Shown in pieces: positions 13,201-25,400 of a stretch of 64,000 bases of DNA (position 1 is its first letter; each line of letters begins with the position of its first letter). The position numbers and the translations under genes are program-made. The DNA is from Macrostomum hystrix. Taxonomy: Eukaryota; Animalia; Platyhelminthes. A model generated the notes under the pieces. The model worked only from the letters and a program-made list of their open reading frames with translations, was not told the origin of the DNA and searched no databases. The stretch lies in NCBI GenBank assembly GCA_950097015.1, contig CATNEN010000039.1, positions 6,200,001-6,264,000 of the forward strand. Direction: 5' to 3'.

Positions 13201-15063
13201 GAATGTTAAAGGGGTAGGAATGTTAAAGGGGTAGGAATGTTAAAGGGGTAGAAAGTTAAAGGGGTAGGAATGTTAAAGGGGTAGGAATGTTAAAGGGGTA
13301 GGAATGTTAAAGGGGTAGGAATGTTAAAGGGGTAGGAATGTTAAAGGGGTAGGAATGTTAAAGGGGTAGGAATGTTAAAGGGGTAGGAATGTTAAAGGGG
13401 TAGGAATGTTAAAGGGGTAGGAATGTTAAAGGGGTAGGAATGTTAAAGGGGTAGGAATGTTAAAGGGGTAGGAATGTTAAAGGGGTAGGAATGTTAAAGG
13501 GGTAGGAATGTTAAAGGGGTAGGAATGTTAAAGGGGTAGGAATGTTAAAGGGGTGGGAATGTTAAAGGGGTAGGAATGTTAAAGCGGTAGGAATGTTAAA
13601 GGGGTAGGAATGTTAAAGGGGTAGAAATGTTAAAGGGGTAGGAATGTTAAAGGGGTAGGAATGTTAAAGGGGTAGGAATGTTAAAGGGGTAGGAATGTTA
13701 AAGGGGTAGGAATGTTAAAGGGGTAGGAATGTTAAAGGGGTAGGAATGTTAAAGGGGTAGGAATGTTAAAGGGGTAGGAATGTTAAAGGGGTAGGAATGT
13801 TAAAGGGGTAGGAATGTTAAAGGGGTAGAAAGTTAAAGGGGTAGGAATGTTAAAGGGGTAGAAATGTTAAAGGGGTAGGAATGTTAAAGGGGTAGGAATG
13901 TTAAAGGGGTAGGAATGTTAAAGGGGTAGGAATGTTAAAGGGGTAGGAATGTTAAAGGGGTAGGAATGTTAAAGGGGTAGGAATGTTAAAGGGGTAGGAA
14001 CACAGAGGGTGAGGAAGATTAGTGTAGGTGATATAGCAAATAGGTAGATTATGGTGAAGTTAAAGCGCCACAGTTCTTTAATTAACGTACAGTTTTCAAA
14101 CGGCACATCCCGCAGCTCCCTCAGTCAGCTAATCGGTAACCAGGGCCAGGCCAGCTGGGATAGGGCCAGCACCTGCAGGATTCGAGTCTGGCCGTTGCGC
14201 TCATCTGGCCCAATGCGCACCTTGGTGCGGCACTGCTATGTGCAGAACGATGCCTCCATTGATTTGTCCAGCGACGGGCGTCTGTTGGCAACGTTTGTCT
14301 CTTCTGCCAGCTTTCCTGAGAAGTGAGCTGGCTCAAAATATTATCGCCGCGGATTCGAACTTAGGAAGTTTAGTGCTGGATTCTGACGGGTCACCACTCC
14401 GTCCTTAAGAGTTGAAAGACCACTTCACGATGAAATTTTGTGCCTCTAATGTGCCTATATTGTTTTAGCCACCAGACATCGCGACGAGAATCGTTGAATA
14501 TCTCGACAATGCCGATGTTTCGTGATTCTAGAAGCTGCTTTCATTTGATAGAATGGAAAATTTTAGCCCTCTTTATGAAGATTCATGGCGATACCCCGTG
14601 CTCATTCTATTGTTAACCCCCTCAACCAAATAGAAAACCATTTGCAATCTCTGCATTCAGATTTATCATCAGCGTGTTCTCATCGGCACCCGATTCGTCA
14701 TTCGGCCAGCTATTGTACACCCGGCTTCACGGCCAGTTCGCCAGCACCCTGCGCTTCAGTCCGCACTCTGCTAGACTCCTGCTGATTGGCTACGGTCGGC
14801 GGCCGGTGTTTGCCGTTTCTCGCCGACAAACAGTCGGCTGCGTGTTAGCTCTGCGGCGACCCGGCCTAGGCGAGCAAAGTACCGAGCTGCTCTGTCCGCT
14901 GCGAGTGCAGTGCGGCAGCGATGATCAAGAAGCTGCGATCATCGGCGAAGACCCGGCCATGCAGTCTGCTGTCACAGCAGCCATGTGGCTGCCTGGCCAG
15001 CGGGTTGGCCTGCTGGTGGCCACCGTAGGCGGAGATGTCTACTATCTGGGCCCCTGCTCCTGA
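8026..15063 (+). CDS. AMBRA1: AMBRA1/DCAF3-like split WD40 protein, ~797 aa; exons 8026-8565, 9199-10400, 14074-14322, 14661-15063
   Basis: N-terminal WD40 motifs LVGHRRLVWTMQWHPRLPDILASGCLNGQLRIW and LVSCLAFHP; long low-complexity insert; C-terminal HCYVQNDASIDLSSDGRLLATFV and VFSSAPDSSFGQLLYTR. This matches the AMBRA1 architecture. GT-AG junction phases 0, 2, 2 are consistent. Confidence 0.8.
8640..9078. repeat. 23-bp minisatellite (caaccaatggacttcaccatccc and an alternating variant), AMBRA1 intron 1
   Basis: About 19 copies. Confidence 0.95.
10571..12985. repeat. 31-bp G-rich minisatellite (gggtaaggatgggtagaaatggtatttgggc), AMBRA1 intron 2
   Basis: About 77 copies, with a higher-order duplication at offset 525. 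Confidence 0.95.
13041..14000. repeat. 17-bp minisatellite (ggggtaggaatgttaaa), AMBRA1 intron 2
   Basis: About 56 copies. Confidence 0.95.
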
Positions 15064-15148
15064 GCCTCCCAGTGCTAGGCTTTCTTGGAAAATTTGCTCA
15101 AGTCTGGTCTCTCCTCTCATCTCAACTCCTTACCTTTTCTCTCCCCCT

Positions 15149-16508
15149 ATCCTTACCTGTCTTCTCCCATTGTCCTTACATGTCCTCTCCCATTGTCCTT
15201 ACCTGTCCTCTCCCATTGTCCTTACCTGTCCTCTCCCCTTGTCCTTACCTGTCCTCTCCCCTTGTCCTTACCTGTCCTCTCCCATTGTCCTTACCTGTCC
15301 TCTCCCATTGTCCTTACTTGTCCTCTCCCATTGTCCTTACCTGTCCTCTCCCCTTGTCCTTACCTGTCCTCTCCCCTTGTCCTTACCTGTCCTCTCCCCT
15401 TGTCCTTACCTGTCCTCTGCCCTTGTCCTTACTTGTCCTCTGCCATTGTCCTTACCTGTCCTCTGCCCTTGTCCTTACCTGTCCTCTCCCATTGTCCTTA
15501 CCTGTCCTCTCCCATTGTCCTTACCTGTCCTCTGCCCTTGTCCTTACCTGTCCTCTCCCCTTGTCCTTACCTGTCCTCTCCCCTTGTCCTTACCTGTCCT
15601 CTCCCCTTGTCCTTACCTGTCCTCTCCCATTGTCCTTACCTGTCCTCTCCCATTGTCCTTACTTGTCCTCTCCCATTGTCCTTACCTGTCCTCTCCCCTT
15701 GTCCTTACCTGTCCTCTCCCCTTGTCCTTACCTGTCCTCTCCCCTTGTCCTTACCTGTCCTCTGCCCTTGTCCTTACTTGTCCTCTGCCATTGTCCTTAC
15801 CTGTCCTCTGCCCTTGTCCTTACCTGTTCTCTCCCATTGTCCTTACCTGTCCTCTCCCATTGTCCTTACCTGTCCTCTGCCCTTGTCCTTACCTGTCCTC
15901 TCCCCTTGTCCTTACCTGTCCTCTCCCCTTGTCCTTACCTGTCCTCTCCCATTGTCCTTACCTGTCCTCTCCCATTGTCCTTACCTGTCCTCTGCCCTTG
16001 TCCTTACCTGTCCTCTCCCCTTGTCCTTACCTGTCCTCTCCCCTTGTCCTTACCTGTCCTCTCCCATTGTCCTTACCTGTCCTCTCCCATTGTCCTTACC
16101 TGTCCTCTGCCCTTGTCCTTACCTGTCCTCTCCCCTTGTCCTTACCTGTCCTCTCCCCTTGTCCTTACCTGTCCTCTCCCCTTGTCCTTACCTGTCCTCT
16201 CCCCTTGTCCTTACCTGTCCTCTCCCCTTGTCCTTACCTGTCCTCTCCCCTTGTCCTTACCTGTCCTCTCCCCTTGTCCTTACCTGTCCTCTGCCCTTGT
16301 CCTTACTTGTCCTCTGCCATTGTCCTTACCTGTCCTCTGCCCTTGTCCTTACCTGTCCTCTCCCATTGTCCTTACCTGTCCTCTCCCATTGTCCTTACCT
16401 GTCCTCTGCCCTTGTCCTTACCTGTCCTCTCCCCTTGTCCTTACCTGTCCTCTCCCCTTGTCCTTACCTGTCCTCTCCCCTTGTCCTTACCTGTCCTCTC
16501 CCTTTGTC
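15149..16508. repeat. 22-bp pyrimidine-rich minisatellite (ttgtccttacctgtcctctccc) just 3' of the AMBRA1 stop
   Basis: About 61 copies; each unit contains CTTACCTG or a close variant. Confidence 0.95.
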
Positions 16509-17210
16509 ATTAACTTCCCGTCCATTTCTCTCTTCTCCCCACCTATTCTCCTCTCGTATTACTCATTTTACTTTTTTGGCATGGCATGTTGGCATGTGAC
16601 TACTAGTTTTGAGTAGCACGTTAACCTTTTTATGAAGCCTACCTCCTAAGATAATTAATTTAAATGCGTGTGCAACAAACCCGAGTGACAACTAATTCGC
16701 CTGATATGTGCTTTTTGACTATTTTTCTATAATAGTTATTCCAACAGTTCTATAATATGTGGCACTGAAAATCTTGTAAATAATATGTTTTGTTATATTT
16801 CGTGTGCCTAGCGGCTTTTATTTCTACTTGAATTTAACAAGCTTTTGAAGCTGCTAATCATTATGAAATTGCTTATGAAGCTGTAAATATATATTTATTA
16901 TAATTTCAACCCCAGAGTGTAATCACTAGTTGGGTGCGATATGCCAACTTTTCAAGCATTTTATTATTCGATTTCTAATTCTCAGAACAGTTTTATTCTA
17001 GCTGATGGATGGATGGATGGAGAGGCCACGAGTTCGTATCTCGTCTCAACAAAAAGAAATTATTTCAAATCAGCCAGTTGTAAAATGAGTTGGGGGTACA
17101 GTCCATGGACAATCTTCAGCCACGGCTGTGCCAATGGCTGTACATCTGGTATTTTCAATTCTCATGCTGCATTGATAATCTGATTAAATTGTTTCAGCAC
17201 AACCGGGCGC

Positions 17211-20200
17211 ATGTCTGAGCTACCGCCGCAGCAGCAGCCGTTGCAGATGCCTCAGGACTCAAGGCCAATAAAAAAATTCGCCGACTTTCGTCTGAGTGCC
17301 CGCACCCTGAAAGGCTTATCAATGGCCGGCTTCGTCAAGCCGACAGATATTCAACGGCTGGCCATTCCACCAGCTCTGGCTGGTTCGGACATTGTGGCCT
17401 CGGCCAAGACTGGCAGCGGCAAGACGCTGGCCTTTGTGCTGCCCGCGCTTGAACTGCTCCATCGCGAGCACTGGTGCCGCGATCTCGGCCTGGGCGTCCT
17501 CATCGTGTCTCCGACCCGCGAGCTGGCCTATCAGATCTTTCGCGAGTTGAAACGCGTCGGCGTCAAGCACCAGTTCTCGCTGGGTTTAGTGACTGGCGGC
17601 TATCACGATGTCAAGGAGCAGGGGGCCCGTGTCGGCCGCATGAACATCCTGGTGGCCACTCCTGGCCGTCTCGTGCAGCACCTTTCAGAGAGGCCTGACC
17701 TGAGCACCGACAATCTGCGACTCCTGGTGCTGGATGAAGCTGACAGGTGTGTTGGACACTTGTGCCATGAGCTGCGGTTGCGGGCCCAGTAATGACTGCG
17801 TTTTCAGTGGTGAAAGTGGACCTGAGGATTGCATGGCGAGAATGTAGCAGATAGACCTGAGGATTGCATGGCGAGAATCTAGCAGATAGACCTGAGGATT
17901 GCATGGCGAGAATGTAGCAGATAGACCTGAGGATTGCATGGCGAGAATGTAGCAGATAGACCTGAGGATTGCATGGCGAGAATGTAGCTGATAGACCTGA
18001 GGATTGCATGGCGAGAATATAGCAGATAGACCTGAGGATTGCATGGCGAGAATGTAGCAGATAGACCTGAGGATTGCATGGCGAGAATGTAGCAGATAGA
18101 CCTGAGGATTGCATGGCGAGAATGTAGCTGATAGACCTGAGGATTGCATGGCGAGAATGTAGCAGATAGACCTGAGGATTGCATGGCGAGAATGTAGCTG
18201 ATAGACCTGAGGATTGCATGGCGAGAATGTAGCTGATAGACCTGAGGATTGCATGGCGAGAATGTAGCAGATAGACCTGAGGATTGCATGGCGAGAATGT
18301 AGCAGATAGACCTGAGGATTGCATGGCGAGAATATAGCAGATAGACCTGAGGATTGCATGGCGAGGGTCTATTAAATCTCTCCTGATCTTCATTCTCGCC
18401 CCTCAGAATCCTGCAACTGGGCTTCAAGGCCGAGCTGGACGCGCTTCTCGACTACCTGCCGGCCGGCCGGCAGACCCTGCTGTTCTCGGCTACCCAGACT
18501 CGCAGCGTGCAGGACCTGGCCAGGCTGCAGATGCGCCAGCCGGTGTGCCAGGTTGACGCCAGCAGGCTGTCGACTACGGCAACTCCAGACGGCCTGAGGC
18601 AGGGCTTCGTGCGCTGCCAGTCCGTGGCTGACAAGCCGCGCTACCTGTGGCAGTTTATCACGGGCAATCGGCAGCGAAAGAGTATCGCCTTCTTTGCCAC
18701 CTGCAAGCAGGTGGGTATTTCTATTGGGTTTCGGTTTTGTTAACTGTGCATTTAGTTTAGTCTGCAAACGATCGGAAACCACGACCCTTTATTAATTTGC
18801 TAATTTTTTGCCCGTCCTTCATCTGCCCAATCAATCATCCACTCCTTCCAATTAGCTCCTTCAAAATTGCTCCTTAAATGCGCCTCTTTTTTCGAACCCG
18901 CCCCTTCCTCCGATCCGCCACTCAAATCCGCCCCTCCGCTCCGCCCCTTCCTCCAATACCCCCTTCTTCCTATCCGCCCCTTCCTCCAATCTGCCCCTTT
19001 CTCCAATCCGCCCCTTCATCCAATCTGCCCCATCCTCCAATCCGCCCCTTCCTCCGATCCGCCCCTTCCTCCGATCCGCCCCTTCCTCCAATCCGCCCCT
19101 TTCTCCAATCCGCATTTTCATCTAATCCGCCCCTTCCTCCAATCCGCCCCTTCCTCCAATCTGCCCCTTCCTCCAATCTGCCCCTTCCTCCAATCCGCCC
19201 CTTTCTCCAATCTGCATTTTCATCCAATCCGCCCCTTTCTCCAATCCGCATTTTCATCCAATCCGCCCCTTCCTCCAATCTGCCCCTTCCTCCAATCTGC
19301 CCCTTCCTCCAATCCGCCCCTTCTTCCAATCTGCCCCTTCCTCCAATCCGCATCATCCTTTAACTCATCCCTTCTCCCATCCACATCCCATTCAATGCTG
19401 ATCCAGAATAGCGAGTTAGCTGACTCCTCCATCCACCCGCAATGGGACACGCCCAGGTTCGCTTCTACAACGAGCTGCTGCTCAAACTTCGCCCCGGAGT
19501 TCGCGTGCTGCCCCTCCACGGTGGCATGACGCAGCGTCGACGCACGGCCGTCTACGATGAATTTGTTCGCGTCAAGCACGCCGTCATGCTGTGCACCGAC
19601 CTCGCAGCGCGTGGCCTCGACTTCCCCGACGTCGATTGTGTCCTCCAGGTCGACTGTCCGCCGGATCTGCGCACCTACGTTCACCGGGTTGGCCGCACAG
19701 CCAGGCTGACCCGTACTGGCCGAGCTGTTCTACTCCTGCTGGATTGGGAGGCCGACACTCTGCCAGGCCTGCTAGCCGGCTTGCGGCCGCCTGTGCAGCT
19801 GGAGCCTGTCAAACTGCGCCTGCCAGTCAAGTGGGATATTGTGGGCAAGATCGCCGGCCTGGTGGCTGCCGACGGCGAATTGCGAGGCATGGCCGAGCGG
19901 GCGGTTCGAACCTATTTGAAGACCTACGCCTGCTTTGCCGAGCTCAAACAGGTATCTTGAGTCTATTATACTTAGGCTTCATCTAGGGGGGTCGGTGGCA
20001 GAGCGGTTAACGCGTTTGCCTCTCGCACCAATGTCCCCTCGAAATGGGCAGAACTGCCTCCTCGCTGGCTGCGGGTCTAGTGTCACCAAGTGATGTGCCA
20101 TCGTCCGCAGCCCTCCTGCAATTCTTGTTTTCTTATTTTAGTCTCACTCGTCATGCAGGTATTTCAAGCCCAACGCCTGGACCTCCTGGAACTCGCTCGC

Positions 20201-20995
20201 TCCTACGGGCTCGCGCGGGTGCCCCGCCTGCCCAAGCCGGTGCTGGCCAAGGTCCGGCTGCCAGGAGCCTCCGGATCCGACGAGCTGCTGCTGGGTGACA
20301 ACGACGACGAAGACGACAGCGCCAGCGGCGATGCGGCCGCCAATGATGCGGACAGCGAAGTCGACGACTTTCTAATAGCGAAATCGGAATCTGAACTGGC
20401 CGGTGGCACAGCGCCTGCTAAGGAGGGAAAACCTCACAAAAAGAAAAACAACAATCTTCAGGTCGCACCGGTGGAGCCAGCGGACCTGCCCGATGAAGAT
20501 GAGCCGTCTTCGTCCTCGAAGCGCAAGAAGCCGACGCTGACAAAGGCCCGCCTGGCCAAGCGAATCCTGAGCAAAGGCATTCGGCCCTTCACCCGGGTTC
20601 TGTTCAATGAAGACGGCGACGTCATAGCCGATCCTCGTCTGCCGGCAGCGGTCTCGCTGGCTGATGACAACGCGGGCGGCAGTGGCGGGTTGGCCATAGA
20701 CGATGCCAAGCGTCACCTGGCTGAGGAGGACGCGGTAGATAAGCGACTGTACAGAGAGATGGTGCAGCGCCGGCATCGGGAAGCCAAGGCCAAGGCAAAG
20801 GCCAGACGGTTGGCGGAGAAGGCTGCTGGTGGCGGCCGCGGCGGCCCTTTCGCTAAGCGGCGAAGGCTTCAAGCTGAGGACGATGAGGATGACGATGATG
20901 ACGATGATGAGGGCAGCGGAAGCAGCAGTGGAGAGAAGGAGCACGAACAGGAGGCGGAGGAATTTGAAGGCGAAGACGTGGAAGACGCTGATTAA
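17211..20995 (+). CDS. DDX10: DEAD-box RNA helicase DDX10/Dbp4, ~723 aa; exons 17211-17746, 18407-18710, 19457-19951, 20159-20995
   Basis: Q motif, AKTGSGKT, SPTRELA, DEAD, SAT, ARGLD, HRVGRTAR. DDX10-typical ATCKQVRF, VFQAQRLDLLELARSYGL..P and C-terminal LAEEDAVDKRLYRE. Splice phases 2, 0, 0 are consistent. Confidence 0.92.
17819..18365. repeat. 35-bp minisatellite (gacctgaggattgcatggcgagaatgtagcagata), DDX10 intron 1
   Basis: About 15.5 copies. Confidence 0.95.
18895..19352. repeat. 17-bp C-rich minisatellite (atccgccccttcctcca), DDX10 intron 2
   Basis: About 27 degenerate copies. Confidence 0.9.
19986..20092 (+). mobile_element. tRNA-derived SINE family A, internally deleted copy in DDX10 intron 3
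   Basis: A-box TGGCAGAGCGG head joined directly to a tail that matches the reverse complement of the copies at 36440 and 30183. Confidence 0.7.
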
Positions 20996-21501
20996 TCTGT
21001 TTCAAAATCTTATATCTCTCTTCCTTTTTGACGCCTTGTTTTGCATTGTGCTGCGAATTGCATTTCGGCGTTACTTAATGACTTGTTAATGAAATAAAAA
21101 ACAAATTTTTTGCGCTTTGGCAAGGTGTTTTACCGATTTAACACTTTAATGAAACATCCAAAAAGTATTGATGTGTTTAAATATACTCTGTGTGTGATTC
21201 TACGAGCTATAAAGTATTTTGGTACTTTTTTCATCGAAAGTACCAACTTTTTTAGAAACACAAATAAGTATGCAAAAATTAGGAATGTTGTGTCGTCGCA
21301 GTTCAACGACACAACAGAAATAGGAATGGTATAAAAGCCAGTCACGGCTATTTTTAGAAACAAACAGGGATGTGAAAATGAGTCACGTCTATTTTTAGAA
21401 ACAGAAACACACATATATAGTTTCTGTAGCTATTTTAAGAAACGAAATTCTCTAATTTTCTTTCATTTTACTTTCAGCCATACCATTCAACAGAAGGTGC
21501 T

Positions 21502-21828
21502 ATGCCATCCTCGCAGCAGCAGCCGGATGAGCCAGACGCTGAGCAGCTGTTGGACGCCCTCGAAGCTGCTTATCGATCGCGTCGAGTTGGCGTTGCCGCA
21601 GCGCTGACGTCATTTCGCCAACGCCTGGAGCAACGCCAGGCGTCCATTCTTGGAGCTCAGTGTCACTGCGCTGATCGCGCGATGTCCGACGCCGAAGGCG
21701 AAGGCGAAGACGGCGACAGCGCGGCGCGGGCTGCTAGCGAAGCTGCCGAAGCTGTTCAACGCCAGATCAAAGAGATGCGCCAGTTGAAGTCGGCCCTGGA
21801 GGCCAGAATGGCAGGAGTTCGGCTGTAA
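21502..21828 (+). CDS. 108-aa predicted coiled-coil protein, single exon (weak SYCE2-like resemblance)
   Basis: GC-rich ORF between AT-rich flanks; tttcag acceptor at 21477 upstream; AATAAA at 21943 downstream; heptad pattern. Confidence 0.7.
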   Translation: MPSSQQQPDEPDAEQLLDALEAAYRSRRVGVAAALTSFRQRLEQRQASILGAQCHCADRAMSDAEGEGEDGDSAARAASEAAEAVQRQIKEMRQLKSALEARMAGVRL

Positions 21829-22119
21829 AACACGAGAATTCGGATTCATTCGCAAGATCGCCTTTCATGTGCGATCTGGGAAGCATTTTTGAATTGTGTG
21901 CTTTAAACCTCGAAAAGTTTTTACTGTGTGCAAGCAATTCTAAATAAATGTTCAACTTGCTGCTTGTGTAGTTACTTTTTTCTACTTTAATGTAAGTCCT
22001 GGCTTGACTTTCGCTGACTAATTTATTGAGACAAACATTTAGTATTCATTCAGACTGGAATTGTGGATTTAAGAAAAATTTAGGATCTACGGATTAGGGA
22101 AGAATTGGGGTTAGTGACA

Positions 22120-22258
22120 AGTTAGGATTTTATCATTAGCTTAGAGTTAGGATTTTATCGTTAGCTGAGAGTTGGGATTTAATGATTAGCTGTGAGTTGG
22201 GATTTAATGATTAGCTCAGAGTTGGGATTTAATGATTAGCTGAGAGTTGTGATTTAAA
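22120..22258. repeat. 25-bp minisatellite (gattagctgagagttgggatttaat)
   Basis: About 5 copies. Confidence 0.8.
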
Positions 22259-22449
22259 GATCAATGTGAGCGGTTAATTTAGTTTTAATTTAAGATTTAT
22301 ACGTTCTGATTAAAAACCTTAACTTTCCGTCGATGAAATGGTTTTTGTCTAAAATTAGATTAAGTTTTGGTAACTCCTGGTTTTCTGTGTCGCACGCAGT
22401 GCTCAGCAGCTGCTGCAGATGAGAACTGGTCCCGAACTGCCCTAACAAA

Positions 22450-25400
22450 ATGATGTCCAAGAGAGGCAGCCGCAAGAAGAGGCGGTCAACTGCAGCCGAT
22501 TCCGCCGTCGCCAGTCCAGCCGATGTCGAAGCATCAGCCGGCGTCGCCCTCGACCCGTCGCTGTTCGGCCGGCGAGGCGGCGAGAAGTTCGACGCGGCCA
22601 ACGCCTTCGCCTTGCCCGGCTCTGGCCGGCGAAAGCGTCGCCAACGGCGAGGCGACAGCGACGAAGCGGATTCGGGCGAGAGCGACGGCGACGTCGAGGA
22701 CGTGGGCGAAGAGGAACAGAAGAGTCGGAAGCGCCTGAAGCTGAAGCGCCTGAAGCGGGAACTGCAGTCGGACCTGTTGACTAAGAAGAGACGAAAAGAG
22801 CTTGAGCGGATTGTGCACAAGAAGGAGAGCGCGCGAACCCGGTCCGCCCTGTGGGAGGAGCTGCGCCAGTATCAGTTCCCGGATGATGCGGCTGCCACCG
22901 CCGATCTGCTGCCGTCGGCCGCGATTCACGGCGCTGTTGTCGGGTATGTTTGTGGGGCCGGTTGTCATGCCATCGTGACACTGGACTCGCAGCCAGTGAG
23001 GAGATAAATGTGCCAATTCCGCTGACTCCTGAGCACATACGCACACAGGTGTGTACATCTGCCCTGACTTTCTCATCGCCAGGCTGCGTACACTGTCACT
23101 GCGCCTTGGAGGTTGGCCCTCAAGGGCGTAAATCGCACGACAAGCCCCCAAGCCTTCTCTCCGCGGCTGCGTCCCAAATAAATGTGGCCTCGCCGCGGAA
23201 TCGAACTCAGGGACCTCTTGTCCAACTGGTCTAAGCGTTGTTTCTATTCTAATAAATCTGTCTTGACTTTTTCTCTAACAATTTGTTTTTTTCAGCAAAC
23301 GCGACAGGACGAAAAGCAGTACAAATGAGGAACAATCTGGGGATAATTCACAGAAGTCGGGGTCAATGAAAACTCTGCTGAAAGGCTGGCAGCAGCAGCA
23401 GCAGCAGCAATCGGAATCTGATGATAGCACGGACACCTCGGACATCAGTGTGAGCAGCAGCGATTCTGAGGCGGTGGAGTCCGATCTCGAACAAGACGAA
23501 GGCGAGCTTCCTACTGTAAATAAGCAGCAGCAGCAACAGCAGCAGCCCGCTGCTCCAGCCAACCCGGCGGATAATAAGCCAAGTAAGACAAAAGTTTAAA
23601 GTAACGATTAGCGCTTCAAAATACGTTAACTGAATTGAGTTTCCATTATGCGAAAAGCCGCAGACGAGAGCAAGCCTTCAGCGGCCACCTTCGTCAGTGT
23701 CCGCCGATCCAAAGCCGTTGAGCAGCGTCGCCGTCAGCTGCCAATACTGTCTGAGGAGCACAGCATTATGGAGGCCGTTGCCGCTCACGATGTTGTGCTC
23801 ATCTGCGGGCAGACTGGCAGCGGCAAGACTACTCAGATGCCGCAGTTCCTCTATGAGGCTGGCTACGCTCTGGACGGCCGCCGGATTGTCGTCACGGAGC
23901 CCCGACGCGTGGCTGCCGTGGCCATGTCCGAGCGGGTGGCCGATGAGCTCGGTCTGGGCCGCGGCCGTGTCGGCTATCAGATTCGCTACCAGGGCAATGT
24001 CACCGACGACACTGTCATCAAGTTTGTCACTGACGGAGTGCTGCTTAAGGAGGTTGGCTTTTACCCTATTCACACCTGAATCTCATCAGCAATATCCCAT
24101 TCACACCTGAACCTCATCAGCAATATCCCATTCACACCTGAACCTCATCATCAATATCCCATTCACACCCGCATCCCATCAGCCATATCCCATTCACACC
24201 TGCATTCCATCAGCAATATCCCATTCACACCTGCATCCCATCAGCAATATCCCATTCACACCTGAATCTCATCAGCAATATCCCATTCACACCTGAATCT
24301 CATCAGCAATATCCCATTCACACCTGCATCCCATCAGCAATATCCCATTCACACCTGCATCCCATCAGCAATATCTCATTCACACCTGAATCTCATCAGC
24401 AATATCCCATTCACACCTGAATCTCATCAGCAATATCCCATTCACACCTGAATCTCATCAGCAATATCCCATTCACACCTGCATCCCATCAGCAATATCC
24501 CATTCACACCTGCATCCCATCAGCAATATCCCATTCACACCTGCATCCCATCAGCAATATCCCATTCACACCTGCATCCCATCAGCAATATCCCATTCAC
24601 ACCTGCATCCCATCAGCAATATCCCATTCACACCTGCATCCCATCAGCAATATCCCATTCACACCTGCATCCCATCAGCAATATCCCATTCACACCTGCA
24701 TCCCATCAGCAATATCCCATTCACACCTGCATCCCATCAGTAATATCCCATTCACACCTGCATCCCATCAGCAATATCCCATTCACACCTGCATCCCATC
24801 AGCAATATCCCATTCACACCTGCATCCCATCAGCAATATCCCATTCACACCTGCATCCCATCAGCAATATCCCATTCACACCTGCATCCCATCAGCAATA
24901 TCCCATTCACACCTGCATCCCATCAGCAATATCCCATTCACACCTGCATCCCATCAGAAATATCCCATTCACACCTGCATCCCATCAGCAATATCCCATT
25001 CACACCTGCATCCCATCAGCAATATCCCATTCACACCTGCATCCCATCAGAAATATCCCATACACACCTCAGTCCCGTTAACAGCTGCATAAAAGTATCA
25101 TATTTCCAGCTGTCTTACCGATATCCTACAATCTAATACCTTGCTATCATATCCTCATGCACATCACCATCGCCTCCCGTCACCTGAACTTCATCCTCAC
25201 CGACCTCACCCTAATCCCGCAGCTGGAGTCGGACGTGCTGTTGCGCAACTACTCCGCCGTTGTGATTGACGAAGCGCACGAGCGCACAGTCTACACCGAC
25301 ATCCTCATCGGCCTTCTAAGCCGCGTCGTCATCCGTCGTCGTCGCCTCGGTCATCCGCTGAAGCTGCTGGTGATGTCGGCCACTCTGCGCGTGCAGGATT

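Noticed and set aside
14985-16616. Three overlapping ~500-aa Cys/Pro/Leu ORFs
   Set aside because: The 22-bp pyrimidine array has no stops in any + frame; artefact
19986-20040. tRNA gene
   Set aside because: Only an A box and partial arms, no cloverleaf; it is a SINE head
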